Source of the DNA: an uncultured Latescibacterota bacterium
GTDB lineage: Bacteria > Latescibacterota > UBA2968 > UBA8231
Length of the DNA: 64,000 nt
NCBI GenBank assembly: GCA_951813615.1
Contig: OX638377.1
Location: forward strand, 5,055,739 to 5,119,738
Direction: 5' to 3'
Shown here: piece by piece, positions 46,401 to 58,400 of the stretch
Position numbering within the stretch: position 1 is the first letter of the stretch
Layout: every line of letters starts with the position of its first letter
The notes under the pieces: model-generated
What the model was told of the DNA's origin: nothing
Databases searched by the model: none
The model's input: only the letters and a program-made list of their open reading frames with translations
Translations under genes and position numbers: made by a program

Positions 46401-49400
46401 CGCATCCGAATCCTCCACGACATACCGTCTCGAAGACGTGTCCTTCACGGTGACCCATGATCAGGTGGCTTTCAGCGATGAGATGGACGTGGACGTGGCG
46501 TTCGAGCAGGACCAGACCTTCCTTCCGGCATCGGATCTGTCGCGCACCGTGACCATCCCGGCCGATGAATCTTCGGTCACGCTGACCCTCGGAATCGGCG
46601 CCTTCACCGGCGGGGCCACCGCGAACGGTACTTTCACCGCGGCCATCGCCCAGAGCGACGGCTACGCCATCGGCACTGCCGGTTCCGCAAGCGTGGATTT
46701 CGTTGTGGCGGATCCGGCGCTCACGGTGCGCTTCGACAACGTGGCCTACGAATTCTTCGAGGATGACGGCGACGTCACGCTCGACATCGTTGCGGAGACG
46801 GCGCCGGATGTGGTGCTATCGGATGCGTTTTCCGTGACCGTCCAGACGAGGGGCCGCGATGACTCCGCGGTCATCATCACCGACTATATCTTCACTGGCG
46901 GCGGCGTGACCTTCGAGGCGGCCGACTTCGCCGCGTCGGACGGCGCTCTGGCGGCAACCAAGTCGATCGAGCTGCAGCTGGTCGACGACAGCGTCACGGA
47001 AGGGGAGAAATCGTTTTGGATCGAGCTCTCCGCGAACAATTTCCCCCCGGCGGCTACCCTGCTTCAGGGCGACGGAACCGCTTGCTCCGGCACATGCCGT
47101 TCGAAGGTGACCATCGTCGACGACGAGAGCCCTGGCCAGGTTACTGGCGTGGAGCTCGATCCGGGCGCCGGTGCGTTGACCGTGGACTGGACCGCCGTGG
47201 TCAGCGCGACCGGGTACAAGGTGCAGTGGAAATCCGGCACAGAGACGTTTGCGGATGCGGCGACCGACAACAGAGAGGTGACCGTAACGCCCGGATCGAC
47301 CACCAGCTACACCATCACCGGACTCACCGACGGCACGGACTACACGGTGCGGGTGATCGCCACGAGGACCGATTCCCCGGACGGACCGGCCTCCGCCGAG
47401 GTCACCGGCACGCCGGGACTGCCGACGCTGACGATTGCGGACGCCACGGCGACGGAAGGGAATGCGGTGGAATTCACGGTGACGCTGAGTCCGGCGGCGG
47501 ACATGGCGGTGTCGGTGGAGTACGCCACGAGCGACGGCACGGCGACGTCGGACGCTACGCACGAGGACGGGGCGGACTACACGGCGGCGCCGGACGACGA
47601 GGCATTGGTGATATTGGCGGGTGAGACGAGCGCGACGATCAGCATCGAGACCGGAGACGATACGGTGGACGAGGACGACGAGACCTTCACGGTGACGCTG
47701 TCGTCCCCGACGTCGAATGCGGTGCTCGGCACGGTCGTGGCGGCGACCGGAACCATTGAGGACAACGACACGGACCCGGCCGAGGTCACCGGCGTTGCGT
47801 TCGAGAACGCGCCTGCAAACGGCGAGTACGCGCTGGGCGATGAGATCGAGGTGAGCGTGACCTTCGACACGGCGGTGGAGGTGACGGGCGAGCCAAGGGT
47901 CCGGCTGGAGATGCCCGGCACGGAGGCCGCAAGCTACGCGGACTACGACGCGGACGAGAGCACCGATACGGTGCTGGCGTTTTTCTACACCGTGACGGCG
48001 GACGACGACGATGCGGACGGGATTTCCGTGGTCGCGAACAGCCTGGAGCTCAACAACGGCACCATCTTCAACAAGGAGACGACAGTGGTTGCGGCGCTGG
48101 CGCACGACGCGGTGCAGGGCGGAAACATCCGCACGCGCTCGGTCGAGAGCATCGCCATCACGTCCGATCCCGAGGTGAGATCGCCTGCGCCGGAGGGAAT
48201 TTACGGTCCCGGCGAGGTGGTGGAATTCACGGTAACGTTTGCGGCGGCGGTTACGGTGGATAACAACGACGGGAATCCGAAACTGGTCTTTGCGGCAAGC
48301 GACGGCGCCCGGCAGGAGGCCGCCTATGTGAGCGGTACGGGCACCACGGAGTTGGTATTCGAGTGGACGGTGCTAGCGGACGTGCCGGGCGAGGAAGGCG
48401 CAATCGATATTCCGGCGAATACGACCGGCGGGGGCACGTTGCTCACCGACGGCGGCCTGGTGCTGAACGGCGGCACGATCGAGGACGCGCAGGACCGGGG
48501 CGTGAACATCCGCCATGGAGAATATGCGACCGAATCGGAGGTGGATACCACGCCGCCGGTATTGGCCAGCGGCGCGGAAGGCGCGACGGTCGATGGGACG
48601 ACGCTGGTGCTGACATTCGAGCGGGCAAGCGGGGTTGCGGACCATCTGGACGGGAGCTCGGTCCCGGCACCGGAGAAGTTTATAATCATTGCGGCGGGGA
48701 GCGCGCAGCAAGCGTCGGCGGTGGAGGTGGACGGCGCGACGGTGACGCTCACGCTTGGTTCGGAAGTGGGCCACGCGCAGGATGTGAAGATGCAGTACCA
48801 GGGGAGCGACGAGAACCCGATCCGGGACCTGTGGGGCAACGACACGCCTCCGTTCAGAGATCGCGCGGTGCGCAACGATAGCCCGGAACCGGAGCTTTCC
48901 ATCACCGACGTGACGGTGGCCGAGGACGCTGGCGAGGCCACGTTCACGGTGACGCTGAATGTGGAGAGCGGCGAGGAGGTGACGGTGGAGTACGCCACCA
49001 GCGACGACACGGCGAAGGCGGATTCGGACTACGAGGAAGCCACCGGCACGCTGACGATTGCGGCGGGTGAGACCAGCGGTACGTTCGATGTGACGGTGAA
49101 CAACGACGTGGTCAGCGAGAGCGACGAGGCATTCACCGTCACGCTGTCCGGCGCGGTAGGTGCGACCATCGCCACGGCGACGGCCACGGGCACGATTACC
49201 GACGACGAGGAGGTCCCGACGCTGACAATTTCGGACGCTACGGCGACGGAAGGGAGCGCGGTGGAATTCACGGTGACGCTGAGTCCGGCGGCGGACCAAG
49301 CAGTGACCGTGGCGTACGCTACCACCGACGGCACGGCGACGTCGGACGCTGCGCACGAGGACGGGGCGGACTACACGGCGGCGGCGAGCGACGCGGAACT

Positions 49401-52400
49401 GACGATTGACGCTGGGGAGACGAGCGCGACGATCAGCATCGCAACCGGGAACGACGCGGTGGACGAGGACGACGAGACCTTCACGGTGACGCTGTCAGAC
49501 CCGTCGTCGAACGCAGTGCTCGGCACCGACCAGGCGGCGACCGGTACCATCGTAGACAACGACACCGACCCGGCCGAAGTCACCGGCGTCGCATTCGAGA
49601 ACGCGCCGTCGAGCGGCGAGTACGTGCTGGGCGACGTGATCGAGGTCAGCGTGACCTTCGACACGGACGTGGAGGTGACGGGCGCGCCAAGGGTTCGGCT
49701 GTCAATGTCCGGCACGGCGGCCAGCACCAGCTACGCGCACTACGACGGCAACGAGAGCACCGACACGGTGCTGGCGTTTCGCCACACGGTGACCGCGGAC
49801 GACGACGACGCGAATGCAATCTCCGTGGCTGCGAACGGCTTGGAGCTCAACGGCGGCACGATCAACAACAAGGGGACGAGCGTAGCCGCAGTCCTAGATC
49901 ACGACGCGGTGCAGGGCGGAGACATCCGCACGCGCTGGGTCGAGAGCATCGCCATCACGTCGGAGCCTGAGGTGGGGGAATTGGTGCCGGAGGGGATTTA
50001 CGGTCCCGGCGAGGAGGTGTCGTTCACGGTAACGTTCTCGGCGGCGGTCACGGTGGACGACAGCGGTGGGGACCCGGTGCTGATCGTCGCGGCGAGCGAT
50101 GGCACCCGGCAAGAGGCCGCCTATGCGAGCGGCTCGGGCACCACGGCGCTGGTATTCGAGTGGACGGTGCCTTCGGACGTTTCGGGCGAGGAAGGCGCGA
50201 TCGAGATTCCCGCGAACACGACCGGCGGCGGCACGCTGCTCACCAATGGCGGTCTGGTGCTGAACGGCGCGACGATCGAGGACGCGAGCAGCCGGGCCGT
50301 GAACATCCGCCACGGGGCGTACTCGACCGGGTCGGAGGTGGATACTACGCCGCCGGTGGTGGCCAGCGGTGCGGGCGGTGCGACGGTCGATGGGACAAAG
50401 CTGATGCTGGCGTTCGAGCGGGCGAGCGGGGTCGCGGACCACCTGGACGAGAGCTCGGTGCCGGCGGCGACGGATTTTGTGGTCACTGTGGCCGGGAGCG
50501 CACAGACGGTGTCGGGGGTGGCGGTGGACGATGCAACGGTGACGCTCACCTTGCAGTCGCCGGTGGGCCACGCGCAGACGGTAACGGTGAACTACTCGCC
50601 GGGCACGGACCCGATCCGGGATATGTGGGGCAATAACGCGGTCGCGTTCAGCGATCGTGCGGTGCGCAACGACAGCCCGGAGCCGGAGCTTTCAATTGGG
50701 GACGTGACGGTGGCCGAGGACGCCGGCGAGGCCACGTTCACGGTGACGCTGGACGTGGTGAGCGGCGAGGAGGTGACGGTGGACTACGCCACCAGCGACG
50801 ACACCGCAGAGACGGATTCGGACTATGACGAAGCCAGCGGCACCCTGACGATTGCGGCCGGGGCAACGAGCAACACGTTCGATGTGACGGTGAATGACGA
50901 CTCCGTCGGCGAGGGCGACGAGACCTTCACGGTGACGCTGGCCAGCGCGGTGAACGCAACCATCGCCACGGCCACGGCCACGGCCACGATCACCGACGAC
51001 GAGACCCCGACGCTGACGATTGCGGACGCCTCGGCGACGGAGGGGAATGCGATGGTGTTCACGGTGACGCTGAGTCCGGCGGCAGACGAGGCCGTGACCG
51101 TGGCGTACGCCACCAGCGACGGCACGGCGACAGCGGACGCCACGCACGAGGACGGCGCGGACTACACCGCGCCGGCGAGCGACGCGCAGTTGACGATCGC
51201 GGCTGGCCAGACCAGCGGCACGATCAGCATCGCAACCGGGAACGACGCGGTATTCGAGGGTGACGAGACCTTCACCGTGACGCTATCAGACCCGTCGTCG
51301 AACGCGGTGCTCGGCACCGACAAGGCGGCGACCGGTACCATCGAGAACAACGATGCTGCGTCAACCGATGCGGCACTGAAGTCGCTGGTGCTGAAGGTCG
51401 GTGGCAGCGACGTGGACCTGACGCCCGTCTTCACCGCCACCACGTACAGCTACGAGGCGGATGCTGCGAACATCGCCGCAACCGTAGAGGTGGTGGCCGA
51501 GTCGAATCACGCCAAGGCAACCATCGCGATCAGCGGGGACGACGACACCACATCCCCCGGCGAAGCGGCGTTGCCTTTGGCGTTCGGGGAGAACACGCTC
51601 ACCGTGACGGTGACGGCGGAGGACGGCAACGCGACGCAGACCTACACGGTGAAGGTGACCCGGGGCTTGCCCGTACTGAGTTGGAAGCATGGCCTACTTG
51701 TTCTCATCGAGAACGTCGGCGAGGTGACGCTCACCGCCACGCTGACGCCCGCGAGCATCGACGAAGTGACGGTTGACTATGCGACGCAGGCCGCCGGCGC
51801 CACGCCCGGCGAGGATTTCATCGAAACCAGCGGAACGCTGACCTTCGCGGCGGGCGAGACCGAGAAGACGGTCAAGGTCACGATCCTGGACGACAATCTG
51901 TACGAGCCCGGCGGCGCGAGTGACGTCAACGTGATTTTGACCGATCCGACCGGCACCGCGGTGCTGGGATCGGGCCTGGGTAACAAATCGATACTCAGAC
52001 TTACCGACAATGATGATCCGCCAACGGTGACGATGGAGAACGTCACGGTCGATGAGGACGCGGGGACGATGGAGTTCACGCTGTCGCTCAGCCACGGGGT
52101 GGAAACGGACGACCTGGAGTATGAAGTCGCATCGAGTGGGGTGGGTGGCACCGCCACTTCCGGGTCCGACTACGAGTCGTTTATCTCCGGCTCCAGCGCC
52201 ACCCTCGCGGTTCCTTCGCGTGCGACCTCGGCGACGTTCAGCGTGTCCATTCTCGACGACGACATTGACGAGGATGACGAGACGATCACCCTGCAGTGGA
52301 GGCAACTCAGCCTCACCCAGTACGTGGCGGAAGCCTCGCAGTCTATTGACGTCACTGGCACGATCACCGACGACGACACCCGAGGCGTGACGGTCTCGGC

Positions 52401-55400
52401 GACGACGCTGACGGTGCCCGAGGGCGGCACGTCCACCTACACGGTGGTGCTGACCTCGGAGCCGACAGACGACGTGACGGTGACGCCCTCGCTTGCCACC
52501 GGGTCCAGCTCCGACGTGACGTTCAGTCCGACGTCGCTGACCTTCGGGACCACGGACTGGGATACCGCGCAGACGGTGACAGTCGCGGCCGGCCACGACG
52601 ACGATGCGGTCGCGGACGCGGCGACGATCGAGCATGCCGCGACGGGCGGAGACTACGCCTCCGCGCCAACCGGTGAGGTATCCGTCAGCGTGACCGACGA
52701 CGATCAGGCGTCGACGGCGGGGGCGCTGGCGGTGGAGGGGACGTCGGTGGACGAGGATGCGGGGGCGACCACGATCACGGTGACGGGCACACTCAACGGT
52801 GGAACCATCGCGACGGCAACCGACGTGACGGTGTCGGTGGGTGCCTCCGGTGACGCGGCGATGGAGGGGACGGACTACACCACGGTTGCTGACTTCACGC
52901 TGACCATCGATGCGGGCGAGACCTCCGGGACGGCCACGTTTACGCTGACGCCGACCGACGACGACATCGACGAAGCCGACGAGACCCTGTCGGTGACGGG
53001 CACGGTGACGGGTTTGACGGTGACCGGAACGACGCTGACCATCGCAGACGACGACGAGCGCGGCGTGACGGTGACGCCAACGGCGCTGGATGTAACAGAA
53101 GGCTCAAACGCAACGTATACGGTGGTGCTGACCTCGGAGCCGACGGACGATGTGACAGTGACCCCGTCGCGAGCCTCGGGCTCCACCGATGTGACGTTCA
53201 GCCCGGCGTCGCTCACCTTCACGTCGGAAGATTGGGACACCGCGAAGACGGTGACCGTGGCGGCGGCGGAGGATGCGGACGCGGAGGACGACGAGGCAAC
53301 CATCTCGCACGCGGTGTCCGGCGGCGACTATGGGGCCAACAGCGTGACGGCCTCCAGCGTTGCGGTGACGGTTGACGACGACGAGACGGCTTCGACGGCG
53401 GTGGCGCTGAGCGTGAGCCCGGCGTCGGTTGCCGAGGACGCGGGGGCCACCACCGTGACGGTGACGGGCACGCTGAATGGCGCACCTCGGACATCTGCAA
53501 CGGCAGTGACGGTGGCAGTAGGCGCATCTTCTGACGCGGCGACCGAAGGCACCGACTATGCGACGGTGACCGATCTGACCCTGACCATCGATGTCGGCGA
53601 GACTTCGGGCACGGCCACGTTTACGCTGACGCCGACCGACGACGACATCGACGAAGCCGACGAAACCCTGTCAGTTACCGGCACGACCACCGGCCTCAGC
53701 GTGACGAGCACCACGGCGACGATCACCGACGACGACACCCGCGGCGTGACGGTCTCGGCAACCACGCTGAGCGTGCCGGAGGGCAGCACGGCCACCTACA
53801 CGGTGGTGCTGACCTCAGAGCCGACGGCGACCGTGACGGTGACCCCGTCGCGGGCATCGGGTTCTACCGATGTGACCTTCAGCCCATCGTCGTTGAGCTT
53901 CACGACGGACGATTGGAAAACCGCACAGACGGTGACCGTGGCGGCAGCCGACGACGACGATGCCGACAACGACACCGCGACGTTGGCGCACGCGGTCTCC
54001 GGCGGCGACTACGGGACCAACAGCGTGACAGCCTCCGACGTTGAGGTGACGGTCTCTGACGACGAGACGGCTTCGACGACGGTCGCGCTGAGTGTGAATC
54101 CGGCGTCGGTGGCTGAAGACGCGGGGGCCACCACTGTGACGGTGACGGGCACGCTGGACGGGACAGCTAGGACCACGGACACGTCGGTGACGGTGGAGGT
54201 GGGCGCCTCTTCCGATGCGGCGATGGAGGGCACCGACTACACCACGGTTGCTGACTTCACGCTGACCATCGATGCGGGCGAGACCACCGGCACGGCCACG
54301 TTTACGCTAACGCCGACCGACGACGACCTCGACGAAGCCGACGAAATCCTGTCGGTCACCGGCACACACATGACAATCGACATCGATACCGATCCCGCCA
54401 ACCTTGAGGAACTGACGGTGACCGGGACCTCGGCCACCATCACCGACGACGACACCCGCGGCGTGACGGTGACGCCGACGGCGCTGGATGTAACAGAAGG
54501 CTCAAACGCAACGTATACGGTGGTACTGACCTCGGAGCCGACGGCGACCGTGACGGTGACCCCGTCGCGGGCCTCGGGCTCCAGCGATGTGACGTTCAGT
54601 CCGGCGTCGTTAAGCTTCACGGCGGACGATTGGAACACGGCGAAGACGGTGACAGTGGAGGCGGCCGACGACGACGATGCCGACAACGACACCGCGACGC
54701 TATCGCACGCGGTGTCCGGTGGCGACTATGGGACCAACAGCGTGACAGCCTCCAGCGTTGAGGTGAAGGTCGACGACGACGAGACGGCTTCGACGGCGGT
54801 GGCGCTGAGTGTGAGCCCGGCGTCAGTGGCTGAAGACGCGGGGGCCACCACCGTGACGGTCACGGGCACGCTGAATGGCGCACCTCGGACATCTGCAACG
54901 GCGGTGACGGTGGCGGTGGGCGCACCCGGTGATGCGGCGACCGAAGGCACCGACTACACCACGGTGACCGATCTGACCCTGACCATCGATGCCGGCGAGA
55001 CCTCCAGCACGGCCACGTTCTCGCTGACGCCGACCGACGACGACATCGACGAAGCCGACGAGACCCTGTCGGTGAAGGGCACGACCACGGTGACGAGTCT
55101 CAGCGTGACGGCAACCACGGCGACCATCGCAGACGACGACGAGCGCGGCGTGACGGTGACGCCGACGGCGCTGGATGTAACAGAAGGCTCAAACGCAACG
55201 TATACGGTGGTACTGACCTCAGAGCCGACGGCGACCGTGACGGTGACCCCGTCGCGAGCCTCGGGCTCCAGCGATGTGACCTTCACCCCGGCGTCGGTCA
55301 CCTTCACGTCGGAAGATTGGGACGCCGCGAAGACAGTGACGGTGGCGGCAGCCGACGACGACGATGCCGAGGATGACACGGCGACGCTATCGCACGCGGT

Positions 55401-58400
55401 CTCCGGCGGCGACTACGGCTCGGAGACAGCGGACGATGTGGCGGTGACGGTCACGGACGATGAGACGGCATCAACGAAGGTGACGCTGTCGGCGAGTGCG
55501 ACATCGGTAGATGAGGACGCGGGCAGCACGAGCGTGACGGTGACGGCTGAGTTGGACGAAGCAGCGCGGACCTCGGCGACAGAGGTGACGGTGGTGGTAG
55601 GTGCGTCGGGGGACGGTGCGACGGAGGGGACGGATTACGCCACGGTCAATGACTTTACACTGACCATCGCGGCGGGTCAGACCTCGGGTACGGCGAGCTT
55701 CACGCTGACGCCAACGGATGACGATGTGGACGAGGAGGACGAGACACTGACGGTGGACGGCACCGTGCAAGATCTGACCGTGACGGCGACGACGCTGACC
55801 ATTGAAGACGACGACACGCGCGGGATTGCGGTTTCGCCAACCAATCTGACGGTGGCCGAGGGTAGAAGCAAGTCCTACACGGTGGTACTGTCGTCACAGC
55901 CGACAGGCGCAGTGACGGTCACGCCGAGTGTCAGCGGTGATTCGGACGTGACAGTGGCTCCCTCAAAGCTGACGTTCACAGAGGACAACTGGGATCAGCC
56001 GCAGACGGTGACGGTCTCGGCGGCACAGGACGCCGATGCGGAGGACGCTTCTGCAACCATAGTGCACGCGGTGTCCGGCGGCGATTACGGCTCTGAGACA
56101 GCAGCCGATGTATCGGTGACGGTCACGGACGATGAGACGGCATCAACGAAGGTGACCCTATCGGTGAGTGCGACATCGGTAGATGAGGACGCGGGCAGCA
56201 CGACCGTGACGGTTACGGCCGAACTGGACGAGTCGGCACGGACCTCGGCGACGGAGGTGACGGTATCGGTAGGTGCTGCGGGAGACGGTGCGACAGAGGG
56301 CACGGATTACGCCACAGTGAGCGATGTCACCCTGACCATCGCGGCGGGTCAGACGAGCGGGACAGCCAGCTTCACGCTGACGCCAACGGATGACGACGTG
56401 GATGAACAGGCTGAGACGCTGACGGTGGACGGCACGGTACAGAGTCTGACGGTGACCGGGACGAGCCTGACCATCGAAGACGACGACACGCGCGGGATCG
56501 AGGTCTCGTCAACGGACGTGACAGTAGCCGAGGGCGCAGGCAGTTCGACCTACACGGTGGTACTCGAAAGCCAGCCGACAGCCGACGTCACGGTGACGCC
56601 GAGTGTGAGCGGCGATTCGGACGTGACGGTGGCTCCTTCGACGCTGACGTTCACAGAGGACAACTGGGATCAGCCGCAGACGGTGACCGTGTCGGCGGCG
56701 CAGGACGCCGATGCGGACGACTCGTCTGCAACCATAGCGCACGTGGTGTCCGGCGGCGACTACGGTTCGGAGACAGCGGACGATGTAGCGGTGACGGTCA
56801 CCGACGACGATATAGCCGTGTCGGCGGCGACGCCTTCGACCTCTTCGACCGCGACGTCGGTAGGCTCGATCTACCTGTGCGGTGCCACGGTCGGGACGAC
56901 GACGGGCGTGGCCTATGATTCGTCGGTGGACGTGTGCTGGGACACCGGGAGTTCGATCCCCACGGGCAGCGACGTGGTCATCGAGGAACGCAGCAAGGAC
57001 TATTGGAACTCCCCTAATTCGTTTTCCTCATGGCAAGAAATCGCCCGTGGCAACACCTTCACGCCGTGCTCCGAAGGCGACGATAGCTGCGTGCAATACG
57101 CACACACCGGCTTGAGGCGAGCAGGAACCTTCACGCAGGAGCTACGCATCCGCCAAGGTAGCAACGTACTGAAGACCTCGCCGCAACTGAAGGCCGCCGC
57201 CCCCAACAGCAACGGGAAAGGATTGCAGGCGCAGCTATCGACGGCTATGGACGAGGACACCTGGGCCTTTATCGAAAAGCCAACAGGGCCGTTCGTGGTA
57301 GGGCTGGTATTCAGCGAGCCGGACCTGGGTGCGACCTACGCAGAGGAGGCCGTGCAGGGCCTCGGGACGGACGACTTTCGGATGACCAACGGCACCGTGA
57401 CCGCCATCGAAGGCTGGAACAGCGGAGGCTACAAGGTCCGCGTTACGCCGACCACGCTGGGCGAGCCGGTGACGATCAAGCTGAAGGCAAAAACGGTCCA
57501 GGGCGTGGGTGAGGGCATCACGGCGGCTGGCACGAACACGTTCACGCGCAGCAACACCGGATCGAACAAGGTTGTGCAGGAGACTGCTGCCGCCGCCGGG
57601 AAGGTGACCGTCACGCCGGGACTCTCGGTGGCCGACGCCGAGGTAAACGAAGGCGCAGACGCGACGCTCTCGTTCCAAGTAACGCTCAGCCGAGCGGCCT
57701 CGGGTTCGGTGACCGCGGACTGGGCGACGGCGGACGGCACGGCGACGGCGGGGCAGGATTACACCGCCGCCCGTGGCACGCTGACCTTCGCCACGGGTGA
57801 GACATCACAGACGGTGACCGTGACCGTGCTCGACGACACACACGACGAGGGCACGGAGACCCTCACCCTCACGCTCTCGAATCCGTCGGGCGCGCGGATT
57901 ACCGACGGCACGGCGACGGGTACGATTATAAACAGCGACCCGATGCCCCAAGCATGGCTGGCGCGGTTCGGGCGCACAGTGGCGGACCAAGTGCTGACGT
58001 CAGTGAACAATCGGGCGCGGACGGCGCGGACGGCGCGGGTGCCGGGCTTCGAAGCCCGAATCGCCGGACAGCGGCTTGAGGGCCTATTGGCGTCAGACGA
58101 AGAAGAGGAGCCGGAGGCGGCACGCCACCAGAAGGTGGACGGACCCTCCCGCAAACGCGACGAGCGGGGAACGTGGTTGCGGGAGGTGACGGCACGTGAC
58201 TTCGTCACCGGCTCCTCCTTCGCGCTGACGGGTGAAACGCAAGAGAGTGGCTTGGGTTCGCTGTGGGGACAGGGAACCCTCGCACGCTTCGACGGGCGCA
58301 AGGGCGACCTCTCGCTCGACGGCGAGATTCTGAGCAGCTTGTTGGGTGCGGACTGGACGAGAGGACGTGGGATCGCGGGAGTCTTACTCTCGCACGCACA

